Shown: positions 63,263 to 64,000 of the stretch, piece by piece
How positions within the stretch are numbered: the first letter of the stretch is position 1
Layout of the letters: each line of letters starts with the position of its first letter
From: Candidatus Marinacidobacterales bacterium
GTDB lineage: Bacteria; Acidobacteriota; Vicinamibacteria; Marinacidobacterales; SMYC01
Length of the DNA: 64,000 nt
Direction of reading: 5' to 3'
NCBI GenBank assembly: GCA_965237955.1
Contig: OZ250169.1
Coordinates: 5,824,001-5,888,000, forward strand
Translations under genes and position numbers: made by a program
The notes under the pieces: model-generated
Seen by the model: the letters and a program-made list of their open reading frames with translations, nothing else
What the model was told of the DNA's origin: nothing
Database searches by the model: none

Positions 63263-63718
63263 CGATAGATGTTTTTCGATCCTGCAATTCGCCATCATAG
63301 ATAGGGGGGGACTTGGCCGCAAATCTCGTCGCTTTACATTCGGAGAGCGCTGAAATACTTTGGAGTCCTCAGACACTCTCCATGAGAGGACCGATCGGTG
63401 AAACGATTCAACGCCATCTTCAACTGGCACGAAGAGCTGCTTAGGCTGGTTCCGGTGAATTGAGTGGGGATGTGATGGACGCAGCTCGCGAAAGAACATG
63501 AAAAACATTTCCGGTTAAGGCAGACTGGTGCGGTCCGGAGCGGTGAGATCGACGAACCAGTGGGGCCGTTGAGACCGTTCAACTGGCTGATCCGGCGTGT
63601 GCGTTGGTAGAGCGAATAAGTAGGCGTCGCCGTGAGCGCTTTGTCCACGGTGCGAGCCTGAGATCCTGATTAATGAAGTTGATTAGCACGCGCTCCGCTG
63701 CGGCGATGAGGAGGAGCG

Positions 63719-64000
63719 ATGCCAAACCGGATTGCTGGGATAGACGTTCACAAGAAGATGCTGGCGGTGGTGGTCGCCGACATCGCAGTAGAGGGCGAGT
63801 ATAAGTTTTCGCGCCGGCGTGTGGGCACGAGACCGAGTGAGCTTCGGGCTCTGGCGGAGTGGCTGGTGGCCGAGGGGGTCGATGAAGTAGTGATGGAATC
63901 GACCGCGCAATATTGGCGCCCGGTGTGGGAGGCGTTGGAGCGGTCCTGGGCTCCGCAGTGCCGAGCTCGGCCGGGCGCGGGTGCGCAGTCGGGCAACTTG
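63719..64000 (+). CDS. IS110 family recombinase/transposase, copy 4 (truncated by the window edge)
   Basis: ATGCCAAACCGG start identical to the other copies. Confidence 0.93.
   Translation, partial: MPNRIAGIDVHKKMLAVVVADIAVEGEYKFSRRRVGTRPSELRALAEWLVAEGVDEVVMESTAQYWRPVWEALERSWAPQCRARPGAGAQSGNL

Larger units (their letters stand above)
58274..64000 (+). mobile_element. Tandem head-to-tail IS110-family array (at least 4 copies, runs off the window)
   Basis: Units start at TG 58274, 60008, 61742 and 63283; lengths 1734, 1734, 1541 bp and partial. Confidence 0.95.

Noticed and set aside
58274-64000. CRISPR array or group II intron interpretation of the terminal repeats
   Set aside because: The units are 1.5-1.7 kb, each encodes a DEDD IS110 recombinase, and there are no spacers or RT motifs
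1-64000. tRNA or rRNA genes
   Set aside because: None recognised by eye; a covariance-model scan was not possible

Overview
GC-rich bacterial window. Gene content (many PQQ/BamB-like beta-propellers, TonB receptors, a PD40 fragment) suggests Acidobacteriota or a similar lineage, which is inference only. Contents in order: a thioredoxin-like UxxC selenoprotein; a CPA2/TrkA-USP pair; GGT, dienelactone hydrolase and a PLP dehydratase; a ~1650-aa two-domain glycoside-hydrolase-like PKD protein; an AmmeMemoRadiSam radical SAM enzyme; a Tat glycosylasparaginase; a GT4 + EhpF-like + EhpG/LuxC-like + MacB-type ABC operon; terB and msrA; a sigma54 activator facing an IHF/sigma54 promoter; a RAYT-like transposase; a split selenocysteine formate dehydrogenase operon; a rearranged inositol/di-myo-inositol-phosphate cluster; beta-propeller genes with a DUF3179 selenoprotein; TRAP and TonB genes. 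From 58274 to the window end is a head-to-tail array of at least four IS110 copies. They are joined through a TG core by two alternative junctions, and the upstream non-coding region looks like a bridge RNA. Many frameshifts, truncations and local duplications indicate genome erosion and/or long-read or assembly error. All family assignments come from motif recognition, not database searches.
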